A stretch of DNA of 64,000 bases from Scenedesmus sp. PABB004 (GCA_014905635.1 JABVCE010000032.1:186001-250000), one strand, 5' to 3'. Counted from the stretch's first letter, positions 33,330 to 46,082 are shown. A program made the numbers and translations. Notes: generated by a model from the letters alone, not told the origin.

Positions 33330-36300
33330 ATGTGGCGCTGCGCAGCAGCCCCGGCGACGGCGCGCGGCAGCGGCAGCGGCGCCACTGCCGCTCGAGCCGC
33401 GGCGGCGGCGCCCCCGGGGCGCCGTTCAGGCCCGTCACGGGCCGGCGCATGCGCCCTGGTGCGGCGGACGTCCCAGGTCGTGGCGGCGGCGACAGACGGC
33501 GGCGGCGCGGCAGCTGCGCAAGCGGAGCTGCTGCGCGGCGCGGCGTCCGACGACGAGCAGCAGCGCGGCGCAGCGGCGGCCATCCCCCCGCACTGGGAGC
33601 AGCAGATCCGCACCGCGCCGCTGGGCCGGCGGCGCGTGCTGCAGCGGTGGGCTGGGCGCGCGCGGGGCCGCGGCGGCGGCTGGCCGCCGCTCACGCGCGC
33701 CCCTGCGCCGCCCGCTCAGGTACGTGCGCGCGGTGACGGCCATCAACGCGCTGGAGCCGGGCCTGCGCGCGCTGAGCGACGCGCAGCTGGCGGCGCAGAC
33801 GCTGCGCTTCCGCGACGCGCTCTCGCGCAACACGCACAGGTGAGGGGCGCGCGCAGCGCCCGCGGCGGGCCAAACCGCACGCAACAATCCCTCCCCGCTT
33901 GCCCGCTCGTGCGCACAAACACCGATTGCGACCAGGCTGGCCGCCGCGCTGGACGAGCTGCTGCCCGAGGCGTTTGCCACGGTGCGCGAGGCGTCGCGGC
34001 GCGTGCTGGGGCTGCGGCACTACGACTCGCAGCTCGTCGGTGCGGCGCGGCGGCTGCGGCGCGCGCCCCGGCGCCCGCAGGCGCGCTGCCCCTGCCTGAC
34101 CGCATTCGTCGCCGCTGGCGGACGGCCCGCGCCCTAGGCGGCATGGTGCTGCACGAGGGCCAGGTTGCGGAGATGGCCACGGGCGAGGGCAAGACGCTGG
34201 TGGCGGTGCTCGCCGCGTACCTCAACGCGCTGCCCAGCACGCTCGCCAACCCGCCCGCGCTGCCCGGCGCCGGCGCCGGCGCTGCCGATGCGGCGCGCGG
34301 CGGCGGCCCGCGGCGGCGCGCGGGTGGCGTGCACGTGATCACCGTGAACGACTACCTTGCGGCCCGCGACGCCGAGTGGATGGGCAAGATCTACCGGTGC
34401 GCCGTGTCACGCAGAGGGGCGGAGTGCGCCGCCGCGCCGCGCCCACCCACCGTCCGACCCCTCGCCGCCTGCGCCGCGTCCGGACCGCAGCTTCCTCGGC
34501 CTGACCGTGGGCGCGGTGCAGAGCAGCAGCCCTGCAGATGCGGCGCGCGGCGCGTACGCGTGCCACGTGACGTACGTGACGGGGCAGGAGCTGTGCTTCA
34601 ACTACCTCAAAGACAACACCGCACACAGCGCGGCCGAGCTGGTGAGGTGGCCGCGTTGGCGGGCCTGGGGACGGGGCCGGGCGCCCAGCGGCAGCTCATT
34701 GGCGCGAGGGCCCCGCCGCCGCCGGCCGCCGCAGATGCTGCCGGATGCGCTGGGCTTTGCGATCGTGGACGAGGCGGACTCGATCCTGATCGACGAGAGC
34801 CGCAACCCCATGATCATCAGCCAGCCGCGCGGCGACACCTGCGCCCTCGTCGCCACCGTGGACCAGGCGCGGCGCGGCGGTGCTAGCACGCGCACGCTTG
34901 GGGTGCTGTCGCGGCTGCTATCACACGCGGCTCTCCGCCCGCCGCCCCGCAGGCCGTGCGGCGGCTGTGGGGCCGCATTACGCGCGCCGTGGACGCGGCG
35001 GCGGCGCGCCAGCCAGCCCGGCCCCGCGCGGCGGTGGAAGCGGAGGTCAAGGCGCGGTACGGCCCGCGCGCGCTGGTGTGCTCTGGCGCCGCGCGCTGGC
35101 GGGGTTGGCCGCGCCCACTTTGCGCCTGCCACGCTCCCGTCGCAGGTACCTGGTGCTGGACGCGAAGCAGCGCAGCCTCAGCCTCAGCCAGGAGGGCATG
35201 GCGCTACTGTTCGTGCTGCTGTCCGAGCAGCCGGGCGTGGCGTTCAGGCGCGGCGCCCGACGTGGGGCAGGGCGGTGGCCGCGCGCGCCTGTCTGTGTGT
35301 GACGCGGGCGCCGCTGCCGCCGCCGACCTGCACCGCCAGGGCCGCTGCGCGCGAGGGCCGCGCGCCGACCATCATGGACCTCTGGGAGGACGACGTGCCC
35401 TGGGGCAACATGGCAATCACCGCCCTCAAGGTGCGCCGGCCCCGGCGGGCCTGGCGTGGCGTGGACGGCGTGCGCTGCGCCCCCCTGCGCCGCCGCCAGA
35501 CGGCGCGCACGCGCCCGTGCGCAGGCGTACCAGTACTTTGCCGCGGGCGTGCAGTACATCGTGCGGGGCGGCGGCGTGGTGATCGTGGACGAGTCCACCG
35601 GCCGCGTGCGCCCCATCAGCCGCTACTCGGGCGGCCTGCACCAGGCGCTGGAGGCCAAGGAGGGCGTGGAGGTCAGGCCCGACAGCCACGCCACCGCGAG
35701 CATCACGTTCCAGGTGTTCTTCAGGTGGTGACCGAGCGGAGCGCGTCTGGCGACACACTCGGGCCCCTCCCCTGGCTCAGAATGCTGTTGAGCCGCCGCG
35801 TCGCACCGCCGCAGGTTTTACGCCAAGCTCGCGGGCATGACCGGCACCGCGCGCTCCGCGGCGGCTGAGTTTTACGAAATCTACGGCCTGCGCGTGGTGC
35901 CGATTCCCACCAACAAGCCGCCGCGCCGCGCCGACCTGCCGCTGCGGCTGTACTACACCGAAACGGTGCGGCGGCGCACGCGCGTCAGGTTGACAGGCAC
36001 GAGCAGCCCCCCCCCTCCCTCCCACATGTCGCGCGTCGCGGCCACCTCCGCAGGACAAGCTCGCGTACATGGTGTCGGTGGTGGAGTCGTGCTGGGCGGA
36101 GGGCCGGCCAGTGCTGATCGGCACGTCGAGCGTGAACGAGAGCGAGGCGGTGCTCGACGTGCTGCAGGGCTGGTGCCGGCCCGCGTTCCGGCAGCTCGCG
36201 GCGCGCGTGCAGCTGCTCAACGCCAAGCCCGAGAACGTCCGCCTGGAGGCGCAGGCGCGGCGCGCATAGCGGGCGCGCAGCCGCCTGCCGCGCTGGCCGC

Positions 36301-39300
36301 TGAGGTGCCGCGGCTGCGCGCCGCCGGCGCCGCGCAGGTCGTGGCGCAGGCGGGCCTGCCGGCGGCGGTGACCATCGCGACCAACATGGCGGGCCGCGGC
36401 ACCGACATCATCCTCGGCGGCAACCCCGAGGGCCTCACGCGCATGGGCCTGCTGCGCATGGTCTACAGGCACGCGCGCGGGAGGCGGGGGGGGGGGGGGG
36501 GTTGACCACAGCAGGCCCCCCAGTTGCGCAATCGCGAGCGGCAACTGCCGCCAGACCCGCAGCTGCGGCGCCCGCCGCACGTACGTGCGCCCACAGGCGG
36601 CTGCTGCCGCGCCTGGCGCCGTGCCGCGTCGATGCGGCGGGAGGCGCCGAGGCGCGCGCCGCGTCGTGCGAGCTGGACGCGCTGTGCCCCGCGCTGCCGC
36701 TGGACGTGTTTGCCGCCTACGACGCGGCGGCAGTGGCGGACATCCAGCCTCGCAGCGCGGCACAGGCTGCCGCGGGCCTGCCGCGCGAGCTGCATCTCGC
36801 GCTGCTGGCGGCAATGATGCTGGCCGAGCTGGGCGGCGCGGGGCTGCAGCAGGACGGGTACGCGCCTCAGCGCACGGCGCGGCGCGCGGCAACCCAGTGC
36901 CAGCGCTGCGCCTCACCGGCCCCCATGTCGCGGTGCCCCGCCCAGGGTGAGCCACGACGACCTGCGCCAGCTCGCGTCCGCTGCGCTGTCGGCCGCTGAC
37001 GTGGTGCGGCGCACGACGCTGCGGGGGCTGCGCGAGAGCCACGGACACGCAAAGCTGCAGGTGCGCTGTGACTTGTTGGGGGTCAGGCAGCGTCCTGTTG
37101 AGTCCGCACCCCGCCGCAGCCTGCGGCACTGCGCTGGTGGCCAGCATGCCGCCGCGCGTCGCAGGAGCTGGACTTCTCGTCCGTGGTGGCGCCGCGCGCC
37201 GAGGCGGTGTTTGACGAGCTGCAGCACACGCTGGCAGCCTTGTACATGGGCCGCACTGCTTCGCTGGCGGGTGCCACACCGGGTGCGGCGGGGGGCTGCG
37301 TGGTGCACGCGCGCGCTGGTGGACACGCGCGTGGCCGGCGCCCTGACGCGCGCGCCGTCGGTCTGCGCGCGCTGCGCAGAGGAGGACGGCGCCGACGGCG
37401 CGCCGCGCGGCGGCAGCAGCCCTGCGGGCGGCCCGCTGGGCCGGCTCGGCCCGGCGCTGGAGCAGCTGCAGGTTTTCGGCTCCAAGGCGGCGCTGCTGCT
37501 GTGGCTGTGGTTCGACCAGCAGTGCGAGGCCATGGCCGAGCAGGTGGGCTGGCAGGGGTCTGGTGTCTGCTCAGCATGCACAGCACCGGCGGTGCAGGCA
37601 GCGCGCCGCGCCTCCCGGCAGCGGACCGCCAGAAGCCGCGCCCTCCCCCCCCCAAACACACACGGGCTGCCGCCAGGTGGTGGCTGCGGGCGGGCTGTTG
37701 GTGCTGGGCACGTCGCTGCAGGAGGGCGAGCGCATCGAGCTGCAGCTGCGTGGCCGCGCCGGGCGGCAGGGCGACCCGGGCACCACGCAGCTGCTGTTCG
37801 ACGTGTCCGACCCGCTCATCGCAAACTTTGGCATGCAGAGTGAGCCGCACGGCCGAGCGGGCGGCAGAGAGGGCGTCGCGGCCGCACGCTGCCGCCCGCG
37901 TGCGCGCGCTGCCGCCGCCCGCGGCCGCCGCCGCGCATCGAGAGCTGACCGCCGCCCTCGCGCCGGCCGCAGCCTTCCAGCAGCTCGCCGGCAGCCTGCT
38001 ATCGAGCGGGCAGCTCGCGCCGTACCAGGAGAGCGTGGTCGTGGACCTGCTGCACCGCGAGGTGCAGAAGGGCCTGGAGAACCAGTGGCAGATGGCGCGC
38101 CTGGAGACCAAAAAGTACGACGAGGTGCTCGAGGCGTACCGCCGCAACCTCTACAGCCTGCGCCGCCTCATCCTCACCGGCGACGGCCGGCAGCGCAGCC
38201 GCGTGGTGAACATGTTCATCCAGCAGTGGGCGGACGCGCTCGTGGCCGCGTTGATTGACCCCGGCGCGGGGCCGGCGGCGTGGACGCGCGAGTCGCTCGA
38301 CGCGGCGGCAGTGCTGTCCGCGCCGCCCAGCGCCGCCGGCGCGGCAGCCGCGGCAGCTGCGGCGCGCGCGGGCGGTGCTGGCGCGTGCGGCTCTGCCGGA
38401 GGCAGCAGCGGCGGCTCGGCGATGGCGCCGCAGCGCGTAAGCCCGCTGGCGGCGCTGATGTGGCACTGCCACCGCCTCGTCAACCCGCCGGAGCTGCTGG
38501 CGGGCGGGGCGCAGGTGGAGTTCAGGGCGCGGGCCGATGACGACGCCGTGGCCCATGACGCCACGGCGCGGGCGCTGTTCCAACTGAGCCAGGCGGCGGC
38601 GCCGTCGTCCAGCGGCGTCGGCGGCGCCCACCGCAGCGCGGCGGCGCGCGCCGCGCCGCTGCCGCTGGGTGTGGCGGAGGTGGCCGTCCTCACGCCGCAA
38701 CAGCTGCAGCAGCTGGCGGCCTACCTCACGCAGGGCGCGCCGCTGCCCTGGCCCGAGCCCCACTTGGAGGGGGGCCTCAGCACGCGGCTGGCGCTGGCGG
38801 CGCATGCCAAACTGTTCGGCACGCCCGCGGCCGCGGCCTGCGGCGCCGGCAGCGAGGCGGCGGCCGGCCGGGGCGGGGACGTCGGCGTGTCCGCGCCGCT
38901 GCAGCTGCACGAGCAGGCGGGCGCGGCCGCTGGCTTGCTCGGCACCTCACAGCGCCCACCGCTGCGGGGCCGGCACGCGGCGCGCGCGGGCGTGCTGCGC
39001 AACTACCTGGGCACCGCGCTGGTGCACGCCTACGAGCTGCGCCACCTCTCGCTGCGCAAGCTGCTGCTGTCGGCCCGCACGGCGGGCGGCGGCGGCGGCG
39101 GCGCGCTGCTGGACCTGGACGCGGAGCTCTACCTGAGCGGGTACTGCCGCAGCGTCATGCTGGAGTGGATCGACGCGCTCTGGAGCTGCTTCCTCGAGGT
39201 GCGGCCGCGCCCGGGGCGGCGCGGCGCGCGTGCTGCGGCCCTGGCGGGTCGCACGCGCGCCGCGCGGTCAATCGAGCCCCTTGCTCGCCCTCCGTCTTGC

Positions 39301-39633
39301 CCGCAGGACGTCGACAAGATGCGCCATGCGGTGGGGCTGAAGGCCTACAGCAGCCAGCAGCCGCTCGACGAGTTCCGGCTGGAGGCCAACCGCGCGTTCC
39401 TGGTGCTGCTGGACAGCTACCGCGATGCCGTGGTCGGCCGGCTCATGGCGCCCGACCTCAGCTTTGGCCTGCTGCTGGACCCCGGGCAGCCGCCGGCAGC
39501 GGCGGGCGAGGCGCCGGGCGGCGGCGGGGGCGCCGTCGGCGCGAGCAGCGTCGCCGGCTCGCCCCTGGAGCACGCAGCCACCGCTGCCGACGACGCGCTG
39601 CGGGCGGCCGGCGCGGCGAGGGGTGGCGGCTGA
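33330..39633 (+). CDS. SECA2: Plastid SecA-family translocase ATPase (SecA2-like), multi-exon
   Basis: [82 protein letters not shown]; transit-peptide-like N-terminus. Confidence 0.9.
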
Positions 39634-39963
39634 CCGCAGCGGCGGTCACTCACCGTCAGTCGGGGCCGCTGGTGGCCCAACACAGGCGGTGACGCAGTAA
39701 CACAGCAGCCGGGCCGCGACGCCTGCTGCGGCCGCAGCGGGCGCTGCCACGCGCTGCCCAGCTCGGCATGGCCGCCAGCGTGCAGCCTTGAGCTCGCTTG
39801 CAAGACCTGTCGCAGCTGCCAACACCGGGCCTGGGCGCGCGCTGCGGCCGCCAGCAGCAGCAAGCCAACAACGTCGGAACTGGGCATCGCTGGGCCCCGC
39901 CTGCAGGGCACGCGTGCGCGGCACGCGGCCGGTGCCCCACAGCCACAGCGCAGCCCGCCAGCT

Positions 39964-40766
39964 TCACTTGGCGGGCACGATGACCACGGGCCGCTTGCTG
40001 TGGTGCGTGCAGTACTGGCTCACGCTGCCGAGGAAGAACTCGGCGACGCGGCCCTTGTTGTGGCTGGCCATGACGATCGCCGCCGTGTCCAGCTCCTCCG
40101 CCTTTTTGCACAGCACGTGGCCCACGCTCTCGGTGTCGACCTCGGACTGCGCGCGGCCGCGGCGGCGGCGGCGGCGGTACTGTCAGGTCGCTTCGAGCAG
40201 AGCGCGGCCGTGGGTGCGGTCGACGCTTCGCGCCCGCCGGCCTCACCTTGACGATGTGCACGACCGGCGCCCTGATCGCCGCCGGCAGCGCGCGTAGGAA
40301 GCGGTCGATGATGAACTGCTCCGCGCGCTGCACACGCGGCAAGGGCAGAGGGGGCGACGGCGCCAGGGGGCTGGTCAGCGCGCCCGCAGCGCGTCAGCGG
40401 CGTGCACCCCCAGCGAGGCAAGCGCGCGCACCTGCACCGCGGACTCGTACGCGCTGCTCTCCGCAGCGGGCACAAAGTCCACCGGCGGCACGCCGTACTG
40501 CGGGCGGTGCGCGCCGCGGCGCGTGGGGCAGGGCAGGAGAGGGGCGGCGGCGCTGACGCACTGCCGCGCCTCTGCTGCCGCCGCACCTGCGCCGCGAACG
40601 CGAGGCGCGGCACCACGTGCACGAGGTGCAGCTGGTCGCCGGCGCGGTGCAGCTGCTCCAGCGCCCAGGCGAACGCGCGGGCGCTGTCGTCGCTGTCGTC
40701 GACCGCGATGAGCAGCACGCGCTGCTGCTGCTGCTCCGCGGGCGGCGGTGATACGAGCTCCGCCAT
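39964..40766 (-). CDS. Universal stress protein A-like, second apparently intact copy
   Basis: RVLLIAVDDSDDSARAFAWAL...IVMASHNKGRVAEFFLGSVSQYC; lies within duplication 39820-41082 of about 53406-54652. Confidence 0.85.
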
Positions 40767-41195
40767 CAGCTCGCAGCACAGCGCAGAGTGCTGCTGAGCG
40801 GGCGTGGCTCGGGCGGCGCGCGGACCAGGGCTGGTGGCGTTCGTGCGCGCCGCTGCTGCCGATCGCGCAGTGCGGCAGGCGAGGGCGGTGGGCGTCGGGG
40901 AGAGCGAGACGGAGGGGCGGCCGTTGCACCACGGCTTTCTGGACGACCGGCCGGCAACTCACAAGCACCCCTCCAACCGCGCGGGGCTCTGCGAGCCCGT
41001 CACGACGCGCCGCCGCCCGCGCGCACGGGCGGCGGCGGCGCGGCGTCAAAGCGCTGCGGCGGGCGCGCGGCGTGCAGCCACACGCATCTCTGACCCCCTG
41101 TGCAGTCAGCCGCCCCCAGACGCCCGCGTCGCCAGCAGCAGCGGCTGCGACGGCAGCGGCGCCAGCTCGCACAGCGCCCCCGCGCCCTTCCAGCC

Positions 41196-44107
41196 ATGGC
41201 CGACGACGCGGGAGCGCCCGCAGCGCCGCCAGCGCCCGAGGCCGCGCCCGGTGCGCGCCGGGAGCGCTCGGGGCGACGGCATCAGCACCTCGCACCCTGC
41301 CGCGCCTGCTGGGCCCCTGCCGCGCCGCAGCGCCCATATCCACCGCTCCCGTCCCGTCCCGCAGGCGCCCCGCCCGCCCCCGCGGCCGCCGGCGCCGCGC
41401 CCGCCCCCGCTGCAGCGGCTGCGCCCCAGGAGGCCGCGCCCGCTGCGGCCCCGGACGCCTCGCGCGAGCGCAGCAGGTGCGTGGGGCGAGGGCGTGGGCG
41501 CCGCAGCGAGTGGATCAGCTCTCCGCCCGCGCTCACGCGCCTCGCTCACGCTCCCGCAGGAGCCGGGAGCGCCGCCGCGAGCGCAGCCGCTCTCGCTCGC
41601 GCTCGCACGGGCGGCGCAGCAGGTGCGGCAGCGGCAGCGGCGGCGGGCGGCGGCAGCGGCGCCGGCGGCGCACGCCCCCACCTCGTCGCCTCTGCCCTCC
41701 CGCCAGGTCGCGCAGCCGCGAGCGGCGCCGCCGGAGCCGCTCCCGAAGCCACAGCCGCGAGCGCCACCACCGGCCGCGGCGCAGCCGCTTCGAGGAGGAG
41801 AGCGAGAGCGAGCGGTGCGGCGGCGCCGGCCCGCCGCCTGCTGCCCGCACATGCCCTGCCCGCTGATGGTGCGATGCCGCTCGGCGCAGGGAGGAGCGGC
41901 GCAAGCGCGCGGCCGCGGCGGCGGCGGGCGGCGCGGCGGCGCCCGCCTTCCCTGGGCCGCCCGGCGCCGGCGGCGCGGCGGTCGGCGGCATGGACCCCGC
42001 GACCGGTGGGTGGAGAGGGGGGGGGGACAGCCGTGCGGTGGGGCCCCAGCGGGCGCTCGCTCGGCTACGCTGAGCGCTGCGCGTGCCCCTCCCCCCCCCC
42101 CCCCCTCGCCGCACTCCCACGCGCAGCGCAACTGATGATGCGCCAGCAGATGCTGCTCCAGCAGCAGCTGCTGCTGCAGCAGCAGGCCGCCCTCCAGGCG
42201 CAGCAGGTCATGAGCAAGGCGCAGACCGGGGTGAGCGCGCGCGGAGGGTGGCCGGGCGCCGCCGCTGCGCAGGGCGCAATCGCTGAGCGCCCCGCCGCGC
42301 CCGCGGCGCGTGCGGCACAGCTGTCGCGGCAGGCGGAGAAGCACGCCAAGGCGGCGCGCGAGCTCTTCATCGGCAACCTCGCGCCCGGCGTGGTGACCGA
42401 GGCCAGCCTTTACCAGGCGCGCGGCGCAGCGGCGGCTGCGGCGGCAGGCCAGGCGCGGCATCGCCCACGGCGGGCGCCGACTCCCCCCCCCCCCCCCTTG
42501 CGCACGCACGCGCGCCGCAGGTGTTCCACTCCGCCCTGATCGCGGCCTACCCCAACGCGGCCGCGCCGGGCCAGGAGCCCGTGCTCAAGGCGCGCCGCCT
42601 TGCGCCGCGGGGGCCGCAGCAGCGTGCTCGCACGTGCGTGCCCGGCGGGGCCTCTCCTCACCGCACTGCCTGCGCCGCGTGCAGGTGGCGATCAACGGGC
42701 GCTTTGCGTTTGTCGAGTTCCGGCTGCCCGAGTACGCGACCGCCGCGCTGCAGCTCAACGGCCAGATCGCGCTCATGGGCAACACGATCAAGATCGCGCG
42801 CCCCGCGTCGTACCTGGAGTCGCTCAGCGCGGTGAGCCCGAGGGGGTGCGCGCGGGCGGAGGCGGGAGCAGCCGCGGGGCGCGCGGCCGCCACCGCTGAC
42901 CCGCGACGCCGCTCGCCCCGCCGCCGCAGATGGGCGCGGCCGGCATGCCCGGCGCGATGCCGGGGGCCATGCCGGGCGCGCTGCCCGGCGCGATGGCCTA
43001 CGCCGGCGGCCCGCTGCCGCCGCCGCCCGCGCTGCCGGGCCTGCCGGGGCTGCCGGGCTCGACCGGCGGCGGCGTGCCGGGGCTGCCCGGCCTGGGCCTG
43101 GGCGGCGTGCCGGGCGTGAGCGACCCGCTCGCCACGCCGCTGCCGACGCCCTTCCTGTGCGTGACGGGCATGGTGACGGCGGCGGTGCTGAGCAGCGACG
43201 AGGAGTACAAGGAGGTGCGGGCGCGGGCGCGGGGGCTGGGGCGCGTCGCGAGCCAGGGTCGTCGTGCGATCGCGTGCGCGTGTGCGCGTGGGCCTCCAGA
43301 CATGCGGCGGCGGCCGCCCCATTGTCTCAGCAGGCGCCCGGCCGCGCGGCACGCGGCTGTCAGCGGCAGCACCGGCAGGGGCGGCCCGCGGCGGCGCGCC
43401 GGGCTGACGCCGCCTCGCCTGCCGGCCGCCCCGCGCCCGGCTGCCCGCTTCGCACCGCCCGCTGCAGCTGCCCCGCGCCGCCTGCCTGCCTGCCCGCACG
43501 CCGCACGCCCGCTCCGCCCGCACGCCCCTGCGCTGCTGCCCTGTTGCCGCTGCATTGCCCTGCCTGCCGCGCACGCGCGCGCCAGCCGCCACTGCGACCA
43601 CCGAGCGCATCACTTCACGCTGGTGTCGCCCAGGGGCGCGTGTGCCTGCTGGGCTGTGTGCGTGATTGCGCCGCCGCGCTGACCGCGTCGCCGCGCGCAC
43701 TCGTGCTCGTGCGCCCGCCCGCCGCCGCTGCGGCGCGCAGGTGATCGAGGACCTGCACGGCGAGTGCAGCAAGTACGGCGCCGTGCTGGGCGTCAAGGTG
43801 CCGCGCCCGCCGCCCGGCACGGCGGCGCAGCTCGTCGGCACCGACAACTACGGCAAGGTGCGGCGGGCGCGCGTCTTGCTCGTGCGCCGGCCGCTGCCGG
43901 GCTGCGCCCTGCCGCCGCCCGCCCGTGCACTGACGGACGGGCGGCCGCCCCCGGTCGCGCGCCCGCCAGGCGTTTGTGCAGTTTGCAGACGTGCCGTCGG
44001 CGCAGAAGGCGCGTGAGGCCGTCCACGGCCGCATGTTTGCGGGCAACACGGTCAACGCCTTCCACGTGAGCCTCGCGAGCTACAGCGCGGTGCCGGGCAA
44101 CGTGTGA
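41196..44107 (+). CDS. U2AF65-like splicing factor (RS region, RRM, C-terminal UHM)
   Basis: RS repeats; ARELFIGNL, FAFVEFR, IKIARP; DEEYKEVIEDLHGECSKYGAV, HGRMFAGNTV. Confidence 0.8.
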
Positions 44108-44408
44108 GCGGGCGGGGGTGGTGGCTTGCGGGCGGGGCCGCGCGCGGGGCGGGTCGTGGGGGTGGCGCGAACGACACTGGTAACACGGCCGGAGCGAGGG
44201 GCGCGTCGGCCCGCAGCGCCCCGTCGTCAGCCGCGGCGGCGTGTCAGTGCGGCTGGCACTGGGCGCCGCTGGTCCATGCCCCCCCCCCCCCCCCCCGAGT
44301 CCCCGTCAGCGGGCGCGGGCCGCCTCGTTGCACCGCCGCCGCCACTCCCGCCGGCCGCTGGCGCCACACACCCTCTCCCGCGCCCACCGCCCAGCAGCGC
44401 GGCGCGCC

Positions 44409-45020
44409 ATGGCGCCGGCCGTGGAATACCGGGCCGAGCCCGACGGCGTGGCGCTGATCACGCTGTCCAACCCGCCCGTCAACGCGCTGCACCCAGAAGG
44501 TGTGGTGGTGGGAGGGGCGCCGGCGGCCGCCCCGCGCCTGGGGCCCCCGGGCGGCGCGCGGCCATGCCTCTGCCACACCCGAGCCCGCCCACGCGCCTGT
44601 CCCACCCCGCCCCGCCCTGGCGCAGTTCTGTCGGGCCTGATTGACGCGAAGCGCCGCGCGCACGCCGACCCGTCGGTGGCGGCGGTGGTGGTGGCGGGCC
44701 GCGGCGGCACCTTCAGCGCGGGCTTCGACATCGCCCAGTACCGCGCCCGCCCCGCGGGCGGCGGCATCGACGGCACCGTCAACGCGCGCCTCACGGCGCT
44801 GCTGGAGGGCGGGCCCAAGCCCAGCGTCGCGGCGCTCGCCGGCGCGGCGCTCGGCGGCGGGCTGGAGGTCGCGCTCGCCTGCAACGCGCGCGTCGCGGCG
44901 CCCGGCGCGCGCCTGGGCCTGCCGGAGCTGCAGCTCGGCATCATCCCGGGCTTTGGCGGCACGCAGCGCCTGCCGCGCGTGGTGGGGCTGGCGCGTGCGC
45001 TGCCGATGATGCTCACGTCG
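44409..45020 (+). pseudogene. 5' fragment of peroxisomal multifunctional beta-oxidation protein (AIM1/MFP2-like hydratase domain)
   Basis: [57 protein letters not shown]; ends after MMLTS, just before the AT-rich insert. Confidence 0.85.
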
Positions 45021-45069
45021 GCGCCCGACGGTGCGGCTGCGCGGCGGCCCCCACGCCCGGCGGCGCGAA

Positions 45070-45155
45070 CTGAACATAAAGAAGTAAAGAAGTCATGAAA
45101 CATCTCATTCAGTTATTTTTTATTTATTGTTTTAGTATTTATTTACATAAATATA
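45070..45155 (+). promoter_or_regulatory. AT-rich leader / putative promoter of the DUF5672 gene
   Basis: GTTATTTTTTATTTATTGTTTTAGTATTTATTTACATAAATATA-ATG in a background of about 80% GC. Confidence 0.5.
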
Positions 45156-46082
45156 ATGATGCAGTTTGACTGCAAACTTACAGCAACAAGAAGTCAAAAC
45201 ATGAAACATCATTCAACCCGACGGGGTCCACGCGTTATAAAACCAATCCCTTTTCTTCTCTGCGTTTGCCTGCTGTCCATCGTGCTGACCCAGCAGTCTC
45301 GCCTCTACTTCAAGCACCTCAACGCACAGACGACCGTGCCAACCGCCACAGCACGCAATCCTTGGGAGGGGTCTGGCAAGGTTGCGGTGCTTATTGAGCC
45401 GCGCCAGGACAGCCGCATTCTGCCAGTCCTTGAAAATTTCATCACCCACCTCCCGATTGACTGGCAGTTCCAGTTGTTCATTGCTGCAGCGAGCGTGCCC
45501 GCAGTCGAGCGCGTGCCGCTCTTCCGCCATTGGATCGATGCTGGACGGATCGTCTTCTCTCTTCTGCCCACCCCCGAGGCTTTCACCCCTGACATGCGAG
45601 CGTACAACGCGCTGCTGATGTCTGCCGGGTTCTGGATGTCGCTGCTGGCCGACAAGGTCCTCATTTTCCAGACTGACTCGGTGCTGTGCCGCAATAGCCC
45701 CCACACCATCGAAGAGTTTTTGCCCTACGACTACGTTGGCGCCCCGTGGCCGGGCGGCAAGCCCGACGACCCCGGCTGTGGCAACGGGGGGCTGAGCCTG
45801 CGCTCGCGGGACAAAATGCTGGCTGTGATTGCAGCACACCCCCCTGAAGATACAACACACGAAGATGTGTGGTTCTGTCGCTATCTCCCATTTTTCAACA
45901 CATCATTTCCTCGCCTGGACCTGGCTGGCGCGTTCTCAGTGGAGACGTACGTTGAGAGCGTTTATAACGAGCAACCATTTGGTGTTCACAACTTCTGGAA
46001 CTGGATTCACGAGCCGAGAATCACCGAGCAGCTATTCAAAAACTGCCCAGAAGCGTTGCTGGCTGTGCCGCATGGACATTAA
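45156..46082 (+). CDS. Intronless DUF5672-family putative glycosyltransferase with signal anchor
   Basis: TM IPFLLCVCLLSIVL; KVAVLIEPR, YNALLMSAGFW, VLIFQTDS, YDYVGAPW, GNGGLSLR, EDVWF, FSVE, PFGVH. Confidence 0.85.
   Translation: MMQFDCKLTATRSQNMKHHSTRRGPRVIKPIPFLLCVCLLSIVLTQQSRLYFKHLNAQTTVPTATARNPWEGSGKVAVLIEPRQDSRILPVLENFITHLPIDWQFQLFIAAASVPAVERVPLFRHWIDAGRIVFSLLPTPEAFTPDMRAYNALLMSAGFWMSLLADKVLIFQTDSVLCRNSPHTIEEFLPYDYVGAPWPGGKPDDPGCGNGGLSLRSRDKMLAVIAAHPPEDTTHEDVWFCRYLPFFNTSFPRLDLAGAFSVETYVESVYNEQPFGVHNFWNWIHEPRITEQLFKNCPEALLAVPHGH

Noticed and set aside
159..46082. Contiguous endogenous giant virus or autonomous transposon
   Set aside because: No capsid, polymerase, ATPase, transposase, Rep/helicase or reverse transcriptase motif recognised; the islands are single genes. 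Viral ancestry of individual genes remains open
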